Source: Chloroflexota bacterium (lineage in GTDB: Bacteria; Chloroflexota; Anaerolineae; UBA1429). From it: a DNA stretch of 64,000 nucleotides. The stretch covers positions 461 to 64,460 of the forward strand of contig JAYENT010000026.1 in assembly GCA_034722245.1 (NCBI GenBank), in the 5' to 3' direction. A program made the position numbers and the translations under genes. The notes beneath the pieces were generated by a model. It did no database searches and had not been told where the DNA came from. It saw only the letters and a list, made by a program, of their open reading frames with translations. Below, in pieces: positions 10,377 through 18,505 of this stretch. Position 1 is the stretch's first letter. Every line of letters starts with the position of its first letter.

Positions 10377-10434
10377 GGAAATAGGGTAGTTTACCATTTC
10401 CTTTGGTTAGTGATATTTTGTAGAGGTTGAGAAA

Positions 10435-10548
10435 ATGAAAGTTTCTTCATCTGTCAAGAAGCGTTGCGAAAAATGCAAAATCGTACGGCGTCATGGTGTT
10501 GTGTACGTGATCTGTGATAATCCCAAGCATAAACAGCGTCAGGGCTAG
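10435..10548 (+). CDS. rpmJ: 50S ribosomal protein L36 (37 aa, zinc-binding form)
   Basis: Hand-translated: [37 protein letters not shown]; not in the ORF track (under 60 aa); GAGAAA-ATG context. Confidence 0.85.
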   Translation: MKVSSSVKKRCEKCKIVRRHGVVYVICDNPKHKQRQG

Positions 10549-10592
10549 CGCTGACGCTGTGCAGGCAGAGAATGATTTGAGGGAGGGAAGGT

Positions 10593-10979
10593 ATGGCGCG
10601 TATCGCGGGAGTTGATATTCCCAATGACAAGCAAGTAGAGATTGGCTTGACACACATTTACGGCGTTGGACGTACGCGAAGCCAGCAGATTCTAGCGAAT
10701 GCTGGCATCGATCCGCGGACAAAGGGCAAGGATCTGACCGAGTCAGAAATCGCGCGGCTACGTGAGGTCATCGATCGGAACTATAAGGTGGAAGGTGAAC
10801 TTCGCCGTGAGGTGCAGACGAACATCAAGCGCTTGATCGATATTGGTTCCTATCGTGGATTGCGCCATCGTCGGGGGTTGCCTGTGCGTGGTCAGCGTAC
10901 ACGGACGAATGCTCGGACGCGGAAAGGGCATGAGCGAAAAACAGTCGCGGGCAGAAGGCCTTCTCGCGAAAAGACGTAA
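10593..10979 (+). CDS. rpsM: 30S ribosomal protein S13
   Basis: [34 protein letters not shown]... is canonical S13. Confidence 0.92.
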   Translation: MARIAGVDIPNDKQVEIGLTHIYGVGRTRSQQILANAGIDPRTKGKDLTESEIARLREVIDRNYKVEGELRREVQTNIKRLIDIGSYRGLRHRRGLPVRGQRTRTNARTRKGHERKTVAGRRPSREKT

Positions 10980-10997
10980 TAGTCATCGGAGGTTGGA

Positions 10998-11390
10998 ATG
11001 GGACGAGGAAGAGGTGGGCGGTCTCGTAGCCGCCGCGTGAGACGAAATGTGCCACGAGGGCGCGCGTATATCAAGTCCACATTCAATAATACTATAATCA
11101 CCTTCACGGATGCGGATGGAGATGTGGTTTGTTGGCACAGCGCGGGGCAGGATTTTCGCGGTTCGCGTAAGAGCACGCCGTTTGCCGCCCAGATAGCCGC
11201 AGAGAACGCAAGTAACAAGGCTATGGATATGGGGATGCGTGAGGTCGATGTGTATATCAAGGGGCCCGGCCCCGGGCGAGAGGCCGCGGTGCGTCAGATT
11301 CAGGCAGCCGGGTTGCGCGTGTTAAGCATAACGGACGTGACTCCGGTCCCCCATAATGGGTGTCGCCCGCCCAAAAAGCGCCGAATCTAG
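10998..11390 (+). CDS. rpsK: 30S ribosomal protein S11
   Basis: [44 protein letters not shown]... is canonical S11. Confidence 0.92.
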   Translation: MGRGRGGRSRSRRVRRNVPRGRAYIKSTFNNTIITFTDADGDVVCWHSAGQDFRGSRKSTPFAAQIAAENASNKAMDMGMREVDVYIKGPGPGREAAVRQIQAAGLRVLSITDVTPVPHNGCRPPKKRRI

Positions 11391-11486
11391 CGTTTGATGG
11401 GGATTGCTAAAGAGCATAACAGTTCCATGATAGGGAACTGTTGAAATATTTTGTAACAGGAAGTGATAGAGGATTTGGGAGGTTAG

Positions 11487-12119
11487 ATGGGAAGACGTAG
11501 GGAGCCCTCTTGCAAGCTGTGTCGTCGTGAGGGCAGGAAGCTCTTTTTGAAGGGAGAGCGCTGCTTTTCAGATAAATGCGCTATGGAGCGACGGGGTCAT
11601 CCGCCAGGTGCGCATGGCCGACAGAGCCGCTTCCAAAGAGAGTCCGACTATGGAGAGCAGCTTCGCCAGAAGCAGGCCGCAAAGCGGGTTTACGGTGTTC
11701 GCGAAAAGCAATTCCGTCGTTACTATGAACTGGCGGAACGTGTTCGTGGTCGTACAGGAGCCGCTCTGCTGGGCATCCTGGAGCGACGCATGGATAACGT
11801 TGTGTATCGCTTGGGATTTGCGGACTCGCGTGCGCAAGCGCGTCAGTTGGTGGTTCATGGCCACTTTGACCTAAACGAGCGAAGGATGAATGTCCCCTCG
11901 GCTTTGGTGGAAGTGGGGGATGAAATCCGTGTACGCGAATCTAGCAGGAACAACGGGTATTTCAATGGCCTGATCAAGATTCTCGAACATCGCACTGTTC
12001 CCGAATGGTTGAGCCTTGACGCTACTAATATGAGCGGTACAGTTTTGAACTTGCCGACGCGCGAACAGATCGACACACCGATCGAGGAACAGCTCATCGT
12101 GGAGTACTATTCACGATAG
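11487..12119 (+). CDS. rpsD: 30S ribosomal protein S4 (zinc-finger form)
   Basis: CKLCRREGRKLFLKGERCFSDKC N-terminal Zn motif; VYGVREKQFRRYYELAE...; S4 domain. Confidence 0.9.
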   Translation: MGRRREPSCKLCRREGRKLFLKGERCFSDKCAMERRGHPPGAHGRQSRFQRESDYGEQLRQKQAAKRVYGVREKQFRRYYELAERVRGRTGAALLGILERRMDNVVYRLGFADSRAQARQLVVHGHFDLNERRMNVPSALVEVGDEIRVRESSRNNGYFNGLIKILEHRTVPEWLSLDATNMSGTVLNLPTREQIDTPIEEQLIVEYYSR

Positions 12120-12190
12120 CGATGTACTACTGTATATTGAACAGTGTGTCATAGACATGTGGTGTGTTTGCTGGTCTATGATATCGAACA

Positions 12191-13159
12191 GTGAGGAGGG
12201 TACCTTTGTTGGATCGAGTACTCCCCAAAATCGAAGTTGAAGCGAGTACGCGCGACTATGGGCATTATGTGATAGGCCCCATGGAGCGCGGATACGGCAC
12301 GACCCTGGGGATCGCTATGCGGCGGGTTCTACTCTCCTCGCTGCCTGGGGCGGCTATAACCTCAGTGCAGGTGACGGGAGTGCCCCACGAATTTATGACT
12401 ATTCCCGATGCCAGAGAGGATATGACCGAGCTCCTGCTTAACTTGAAGCGGGTGCGAGTGGTCTCCTATTCGGAGGAGCCAGCGCGCATGCGCGTAGTGG
12501 CAAGAGGGAAAAGTCTGATTACGGCCGGGGATATAGAGGCCCCCGCGGATGTGGAGATCGTCAACCCTGAGTTCCGCCTGCTGACGCTGGACACGCTGGA
12601 CTCGGAACTCGAGATGGAGCTGACCGTTGAGCGGGGGGTGGGATATTCGCCGGCAGAGGAACGCGAATCCGCGTCGATCGGAGAAATTCCCATTGACGCC
12701 GTTTTTAGCCCCGTCGTTAGGGTGAAGCATGCAATAGAGCGGACGCGTATTGAGCAGGTCACGAACTATGACCTCCTCGACTTGGAGATATGGACGGATG
12801 GAACGATGCGTCCGGCGGAGGCCATGGCAACTGCGGCTAGTATTCTGGTACAGCATCTTTCTCTCTTGGCCGAGTTCGAGGAAACCGAGATGATCCTGCA
12901 AACGGAGAGCGGGCGAGGGGAGTCCGAAATGTCGGCGTTTTACGACGTGGATATAGAGGAACTGGAGCTCACGGTCCGTGCGTTCAATTGCCTGAAGCGA
13001 GCGGGCATCGATACCGTGGGCGAGGTTCGAGAGCGCCTGGAAGATGGCAGGGACGAGATGCTGGCCATTCGTAACTTTGGGATCAAGTCGTTGGCCCAAG
13101 TGGTGGAGAAGATGAAGTTGAAGGGGTTTCTTCCACAGGATTTCGACTTTGAGGACTAG
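12191..13159 (+). CDS. rpoA: DNA-directed RNA polymerase alpha subunit
   Basis: YGHYVIGPMERGYGTTLGIAMRRVLLSSLPGAAITSVQVTGVPHEF... N-terminal domain plus C-terminal alpha-CTD; true start may be TTG at 12215 just after a GGAGG SD. Confidence 0.9.
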   Translation: MRRVPLLDRVLPKIEVEASTRDYGHYVIGPMERGYGTTLGIAMRRVLLSSLPGAAITSVQVTGVPHEFMTIPDAREDMTELLLNLKRVRVVSYSEEPARMRVVARGKSLITAGDIEAPADVEIVNPEFRLLTLDTLDSELEMELTVERGVGYSPAEERESASIGEIPIDAVFSPVVRVKHAIERTRIEQVTNYDLLDLEIWTDGTMRPAEAMATAASILVQHLSLLAEFEETEMILQTESGRGESEMSAFYDVDIEELELTVRAFNCLKRAGIDTVGEVRERLEDGRDEMLAIRNFGIKSLAQVVEKMKLKGFLPQDFDFED

Positions 13160-13243
13160 TTTCGCTCTTGCCCCCGTGATATGACGCAGGGGTTGCTGTG
13201 CTCTCTGGGGAGATGATAAGTATTATGAGAGAGGTAGTTTGAA

Positions 13244-13624
13244 ATGAGACACCGAGTAGCAGGGCGGCATCTTGGTCGAAACTCGGCCCACCGCACCGCT
13301 CTTTTCCGAAACTTGATGCGCGAACTGTTTCGCCATGAGCGCATAAGGACGACGAAGGCAAAGGCATCCGCAATACGCTCCGACGCTGAGCATCTCATAA
13401 CGCTTGCCAAGCGGGGCAATGCCCGAGCGGGTGAGGGCGAGGGGGGGGTACATGAGCGGAGGAGGGTGTCCTCCATACTTCAAGACGAGGAGGTGGCGAG
13501 AAAGTTGTTTGAGGAAATCGCCCCCAGATTTGTTGATCGCCATGGCGGATATACGCGGACATTGAAGTTGGGCGGGCGAAAGGGTGATGGTGCCGAGATG
13601 GTCATCATGGAGTTGGTCGAGTAA
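13244..13624 (+). CDS. rplQ: 50S ribosomal protein L17
   Basis: MRHRVAGRHLGRNSAHRTALFRNLMRELFRHERIRTTKAKA... is canonical L17. Confidence 0.9.
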   Translation: MRHRVAGRHLGRNSAHRTALFRNLMRELFRHERIRTTKAKASAIRSDAEHLITLAKRGNARAGEGEGGVHERRRVSSILQDEEVARKLFEEIAPRFVDRHGGYTRTLKLGGRKGDGAEMVIMELVE

Positions 13625-13661
13625 TCCCTTGTTCCGGCAGTACATCGAGGGAGCATGAGAG

Positions 13662-14474
13662 GTGGCCAACTATCGCGCTATCGTGGAGTATGATGGGACA
13701 GAGTATAGCGGGTTTCAGATTCAGGTCGATCAGTTAACAATTCAAGGCGCGTTGGAAGAGGCGCTGCGCCGGGTTACGCAAGAGAAAGTGCGCGTGCATG
13801 GGGCCGGACGTACAGACGCGGGAGTGCATGCGCGAGGGCAGGTTATCAGTTTCGAGACGGCCTGGACTCATACGCAGACCGACCTACAGCGGGCAATGAA
13901 CGCCCTGTTGCCAGCGGACATTGCTGTGCGGGATGTCGCGGTGGTCGATGCAAGGTTTCATGCGCGATTCAGCGCCAGGAGCCGTACTTATGTGTATCGC
14001 CTCTATATGGGCGAGGTTCGGTCTCCGCTCCTGGACCGCTTTGCGCACCATGTTCCTCACGATCTCGATGTAGAAAGCATGCGTCGGGCGACGGCCCAGT
14101 TAATTGGTCGCCGTGATTTCGCGGCATTTGGCCAGCCCACCTCAGGGGGCAATACCGTTCGGTATATGTATCGTGCTGATTGGTCGGCGTGGACCGGAGA
14201 GCCTTTTGTTGGTTCCTGTGGATCTATTCCTCAACTACGGCTGGAGGTTGAGGCCAATGGCTTTTTGCATGGTATGATTCGTCGATTGGTGGCTACGTTG
14301 ATCCTAGTGGGGCGGGGAAGATTGAAGGTGAAAGATTTTTCCGACATCCTGGTCTCGCGGGATATTGGCCGTCCAGGCGTGTTGGCGCCCCCCTGCGGTC
14401 TTTGTTTATGGCGCGTGCGGTATGACAACGGGTTTGAGGGTGGGGCATTCTCGGTGAATGCTATGGGAGGATAA
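13662..14474 (+). CDS. truA: tRNA pseudouridine(38-40) synthase TruA
   Basis: [15 protein letters not shown]...[21 protein letters not shown] catalytic Asp motif; located between rplQ and rplM as in many Gram-positive-type operons. Confidence 0.85.
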   Translation: MANYRAIVEYDGTEYSGFQIQVDQLTIQGALEEALRRVTQEKVRVHGAGRTDAGVHARGQVISFETAWTHTQTDLQRAMNALLPADIAVRDVAVVDARFHARFSARSRTYVYRLYMGEVRSPLLDRFAHHVPHDLDVESMRRATAQLIGRRDFAAFGQPTSGGNTVRYMYRADWSAWTGEPFVGSCGSIPQLRLEVEANGFLHGMIRRLVATLILVGRGRLKVKDFSDILVSRDIGRPGVLAPPCGLCLWRVRYDNGFEGGAFSVNAMGG

Positions 14475-14488
14475 AGGAGTCAACTAGG

Positions 14489-14917
14489 GTGAAAACGTAT
14501 ATTGTAACGCCTACTGATGTTGAGCGCAAGTGGTTCGTCGTTGACGCAACGGGAAAGACATTAGGCCGATTGGCCTCCAGGATCACCCCCATCCTGCGCG
14601 GGAAGCATAAGCCGATTTTCACGCCGCGCATGGATGTTGGCGACTATGTAATAGTTATCAATGCTGAGAAGGTTGCCGTGACGGGGCAGAAGCGTCAAGA
14701 TAAGATGTACTATCACCATACGCAGTATCCAGGAGGATTTCGGTCCATGACGTTGGGGGAACTGTTGGAGAAGCATCCAACGCGTGTGATAGAGCTTGCC
14801 GTGCGGGGAATGCTCCCTAAGAACCGTCTAGGGCGGGCGGTGATGAAGAAGCTCAAAGTCTATGCGGGGGATTCGCACCCTCATGAGGCCCAGCAGCCCC
14901 AGCCGCTGGATCTGTAG
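14489..14917 (+). CDS. rplM: 50S ribosomal protein L13
   Basis: [45 protein letters not shown]... is canonical L13. Confidence 0.9.
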   Translation: MKTYIVTPTDVERKWFVVDATGKTLGRLASRITPILRGKHKPIFTPRMDVGDYVIVINAEKVAVTGQKRQDKMYYHHTQYPGGFRSMTLGELLEKHPTRVIELAVRGMLPKNRLGRAVMKKLKVYAGDSHPHEAQQPQPLDL

Positions 14918-14953
14918 TTTGCATTGGATATGCTTGTTGAGGAGGATGTATAG

Positions 14954-15346
14954 GTGGCGTCAAGGTACTATGCGGGGCTTGGTCGGCGCAAAACCTCTGT
15001 TGCTCGTGTGAGAATCTATCCGGGCGAAGAAGGTTTCGTTATCAACGGTGTGTCCGCTGACGAGTATTTCTCCCGTGACTGGGATGTGGCCTGGGCGACC
15101 AAGCCATTACGCGTTACAAAGACAGAGGGGGATATTCGCATCACGGTCCAGGCTAAGGGGGGAGGGATGACGGGGCAGTCCGGGGCGATTCGCCTTGGAC
15201 TGGCGCGGGCTCTGGTGGCGTGGAATGAGGAGTTCCACGGCCCCCTTCGCGGTGCCGGTCTGCTGACACGGGATCCGCGGATGAAGGAAAGAAAAAAACC
15301 GGGGCTCAAGGGGGCGCGCAAGGCGCCGCAGTATACGAAGCGGTAG
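14954..15346 (+). CDS. rpsI: 30S ribosomal protein S9
   Basis: YYAGLGRRKTSVARVRIYPGEEGFVINGV...KPGLKGARKAPQYTKR C-terminus is canonical S9. Confidence 0.9.
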   Translation: MASRYYAGLGRRKTSVARVRIYPGEEGFVINGVSADEYFSRDWDVAWATKPLRVTKTEGDIRITVQAKGGGMTGQSGAIRLGLARALVAWNEEFHGPLRGAGLLTRDPRMKERKKPGLKGARKAPQYTKR

Positions 15347-15494
15347 TCTGCATTCGCCCACACCCGACGATTATACAAGTGTGGGAGGGGTCTCGGTAAA
15401 AAGCTGACGTGGTGACGGTTTGCTGAGAGGCTTGTCCCTGGGGAAAGGGGTGAAGGGATTGTAGGAGGGCGCTAGGGAAGCTATGGAATCTTTT

Positions 15495-15537
15495 GCGAGG
15501 CTGGCACGAAATTGTAGAGAGCGGCCTCGCTTTTTTT
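15495..15537 (+). terminator. Rho-independent terminator closing the ribosomal-protein operon
   Basis: GCGAGGC(15495-15501)...GCCTCGC(15524-15530) stem (extendable by U-G and G-C pairs), then TTTTTTT at 15531-15537; lies between rpsI and the convergent UbiA gene. Confidence 0.45.
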
Positions 15538-15548
15538 CCTCGAGGGAT

Positions 15549-16415
15549 CTAGGCGTAGAGAACGACCGCTGCAGTTAGCGCCCAAAGCACAAGGGTTGCC
15601 AGCATGGGTTTATCGTGCAGGATGATGTCCTCAGGGGCCCCGCCCAGATGTTTCTCGTGGATCAGGTACAGATAACGAAAAATGCCATAGACGACAAAGG
15701 GTATGCTCAGCATCATGGCGTGGTTCTCGGGCAGGTTGGGCGCCGAAAAGGTGTAGAAGGAATAGGCCACCAAAGTAGCGGAAGTTACAATGGAGGTCAT
15801 GTTATCTAGAAGGGCCTGGCTGTATTCCTGTAAGCTGGATCGATGATTGATGGCCTGGTCGGCTAGGAGGTTTAGTTCATGTCGGCGCTTATTGAGGGAG
15901 ATGAACAGGGCGAGCAGCGTAGTGCAGACATAGAGCCAGGGGGAGAAGCGGGTTACATCTATCACCGTTGTCCCCGCCCAAACACGAAGAACAAAGCCTG
16001 CCGAAACCGTCATCACGTCGATGATTACGATATTCTTCAAGACAAAGCTGTAAAGCGCCATTAGGGTCACATAGATGATTACAACGATCCCAAATAGGGG
16101 GCGGAGCCAAAAGGCGGTGGGGATCGCGATCAGCAGCAACAGCAGCATGGCTCCCTTGGCCGTAAGCGGGTTGAGCGCTCCCGAAGCGAGGGGGCGGTTT
16201 TTTTTCACTGGATGTGAGCGATCCTTCTCGATGTCCACCAGGTCGTTCAGCAAGTATATGGCGCTAGAGGCCAAACAGAAAAGCAGAAAAGCGAGGATGG
16301 TACGAAACAGGGCTTGTATTCGAAAAAATTTGGCGTCGAAAAAGATTCCCGCAAAAATAAAGACGTTCTTGGCCCACTGTTTGGGGCGCATGGTTCTTAG
16401 CAGACTCTTGGTCAT
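15549..16415 (-). CDS. UbiA-family prenyltransferase, decaprenyl-phosphate phosphoribosyltransferase (DPPR synthase, Rv3806c-like)
   Basis: LRTMRPKQWAKNVFIFAGIFF...SSAIYLLNDLVDIEKDRSHPVKKNRPLASGAL (NDxxDxxxD motif)...NKRRHELNL...GAPEDIILHDKPMLATLVLWAL aligns block-for-block with mycobacterial UbiA Rv3806c as I recall it; start at ATG 16415 (ORF-track extension to 16514 unlikely). Confidence 0.75.
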   Translation of the reverse strand: MTKSLLRTMRPKQWAKNVFIFAGIFFDAKFFRIQALFRTILAFLLFCLASSAIYLLNDLVDIEKDRSHPVKKNRPLASGALNPLTAKGAMLLLLLIAIPTAFWLRPLFGIVVIIYVTLMALYSFVLKNIVIIDVMTVSAGFVLRVWAGTTVIDVTRFSPWLYVCTTLLALFISLNKRRHELNLLADQAINHRSSLQEYSQALLDNMTSIVTSATLVAYSFYTFSAPNLPENHAMMLSIPFVVYGIFRYLYLIHEKHLGGAPEDIILHDKPMLATLVLWALTAAVVLYA

Positions 16416-16535
16416 GGTTACAATTTCCTCTCTCTGGACTCTTGAGAAGCATATCAGAAACGCGTGTATCGTCAAGACGCCTTTGGTGTTGGAATAGTGT
16501 GGTATGGAATACACTGGATTTGCTGTATCGCCTCT

Positions 16536-17315
16536 ATGAAACAGATCAGGTTGGATGTGCTTCTTCGACGGCGAGGGCTTGTCAGCAGCCGCGAGCGCGC
16601 ACGGCGGCTCATAGACGCGGGGCAGGTGCTGGTTAACGATAGGGTGGTTGCTAAAGCCTCCTCCCAGGTGGAGGAGGATGCGAGAGTCGAGATCCGGCGT
16701 GGTCTTCCCTATGTGAGCCGCGGAGGGTGCAAGTTGGCCAAGGCGCTTGACATCTTTGGCATAGACCCCGCGGGCTGGGTCGTGGCCGATGTGGGGGCTT
16801 CTACGGGAGGGTTCACCGATTGCCTATTGCAGCGAGGGGCGAGACGCGTGTATGCCATCGACGTCGGGTATGGTCAGCTCGACTGGCGGCTGCGCAATGA
16901 TTCGCGCGTCGTCGTGATGGAGCGCACAAATGCCCGTTATCTTGAAGCGCTTCCCGAAGCGGTTGATCTGGTGACCATCGACGTGGCCTTTATCTCACTA
17001 CGTCTGATCCTTCCGCAAGCCAGGAATTGGTTATCGCCAGATGGGCAGGTGGTCGCTCTTATCAAGCCACAATTCGAGGCGGGGCCTGATCGGATCGGCA
17101 AAGGGGGCGTCGTGCGCGATGAGAGCATTCACCGCACCGTCCTCCAGGATGTATTGGGCTGGGCTGTGGCTAACGGGTGGTCTTTGTGCGGTTTGACCAC
17201 GTCTCCTATCAAGGGGGCTAAGGGAAACGTCGAATTCTTGGCCTGGTTGGATACGGGGTCCCCGGAGCGTGATCTGAAGCGGGCCATCGATGGTGTTACA
17301 CAAGGGGCGGTCTGA
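16536..17315 (+). CDS. tlyA: TlyA-family rRNA 2'-O-methyltransferase (S4 domain plus FtsJ fold)
   Basis: MKQIRLDVLLRRRGLVSSRERARRLIDAGQVLVNDRVVAKASSQV S4 domain; VVADVGASTGGFTDCLLQRGARRVYAIDVGYGQL SAM-binding motif. Confidence 0.8.
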   Translation: MKQIRLDVLLRRRGLVSSRERARRLIDAGQVLVNDRVVAKASSQVEEDARVEIRRGLPYVSRGGCKLAKALDIFGIDPAGWVVADVGASTGGFTDCLLQRGARRVYAIDVGYGQLDWRLRNDSRVVVMERTNARYLEALPEAVDLVTIDVAFISLRLILPQARNWLSPDGQVVALIKPQFEAGPDRIGKGGVVRDESIHRTVLQDVLGWAVANGWSLCGLTTSPIKGAKGNVEFLAWLDTGSPERDLKRAIDGVTQGAV

Positions 17316-17337
17316 TGATCATGAGAGGCCCTAGTAT

Positions 17338-18480
17338 TTGAGGAGACGGAATACCGTGCCGTCGTGGTTTGATTCCCCCAGAAAGCGATATCGCATTGTT
17401 CTAGTTGTCGCCGTAAGCGCTCTTATTGTAGGCTTATTTTTGGCTGCCTGGACGGCTCTCCTTCCTTTCTTTGCAGGTATGATATTGGCCTATTTGTTAA
17501 TACCCGTCGTCAACTTTTTGGACCAGCATGCTCCTCGGGTCTTGCAGCGCAAGAACATATCCCGCCCGCTGGCTATCGTCATAGTATATATCGTGGGTAT
17601 CGGATTTGTTGTGGGGGTCGTAGCCTACTTTGTGCCCGTTATCAGTCAACAGATGAGGGCTTTTGGCAAGGCCGCTCCCTATTACTTTCGGCAGATTCAG
17701 GAACTTTTGCGCTACGATGTGGTCGAATTGCTTGATAGCCTGCCGCCCGCGGTTCGCACGTGGTTGGAGGCCAGTATAGCCAATCTTATGAACACATTGA
17801 CTAATGCCCTTCAAAGAGGTCTTGAGGCTACCATAAGGACGGTTTCTCGGACGGTCGGTTTTCTGTTGGGCGTTTTGATGGTGCCATTTTGGCTTTTTTA
17901 TGTCCTAAATGATGAGAACGAGATACGGAAGGGTTTTTATCGTCTGATTCCGGACGTGGCGCGGGCCGATGCCCGCTGTATCGTAAGGATCATCGATGAT
18001 CTGCTGAGCGCCTATATCCGTGGACAGCTCCTGTTGGCTTTGATCGTGGGCGTCGCGTCCACTGTTGCTCTTCTCCTTTTGGGCGTGAATCTGGCCGTGT
18101 TATTGGGGACCATTGCGGGTATTTTGGATCTCATTCCCATCGTCGGCCCCTGGATTGGAGGGGTGCCCGCTGTGCTCGTGGCTTTGATAGGAAAGCCGAT
18201 TCGGGCCCTTTGGGTGGCGCTTGCCTTCCTGGCTATCCAGCAGTTGCAGGGCTCCCTTTTAGTACCCCATATATCGGGACATGCAGTGCGCTTTCATCCC
18301 GCGACGGTTATGATCGTCGTGGTAGTGGGCGCTGAGGTGGCTGGACTTTGGGGATTGCTATTGTGCGTTCCGGTGGCTGCGATCATCCGCGATGTGTTTC
18401 ATTATCTTTATCTCCGTACCACGGAAAAGGGCGCCACGCCTGAGATGGCCCTTGAGTATCTGTGGTCGCGCCGAGTATAA
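17338..18480 (+). CDS. AI-2E family transporter (PerM/UPF0118)
   Basis: 8-TM protein with ILDLIPIVGPWIGGVPAVLVALI signature region of the AI-2E family. Confidence 0.8.
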   Translation: MRRRNTVPSWFDSPRKRYRIVLVVAVSALIVGLFLAAWTALLPFFAGMILAYLLIPVVNFLDQHAPRVLQRKNISRPLAIVIVYIVGIGFVVGVVAYFVPVISQQMRAFGKAAPYYFRQIQELLRYDVVELLDSLPPAVRTWLEASIANLMNTLTNALQRGLEATIRTVSRTVGFLLGVLMVPFWLFYVLNDENEIRKGFYRLIPDVARADARCIVRIIDDLLSAYIRGQLLLALIVGVASTVALLLLGVNLAVLLGTIAGILDLIPIVGPWIGGVPAVLVALIGKPIRALWVALAFLAIQQLQGSLLVPHISGHAVRFHPATVMIVVVVGAEVAGLWGLLLCVPVAAIIRDVFHYLYLRTTEKGATPEMALEYLWSRRV

Positions 18481-18505
18481 GCAGCGCGCTTATCTGGAAG
18501 GCGGA

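Noticed and set aside
18392-18505. Upstream extension of the first GT-C-like gene overlapping the AI-2E transporter 3' end
   Set aside because: Internal ATG at 18506 follows the AI-2E stop and aligns with the start of the paralogous module in the giant protein.
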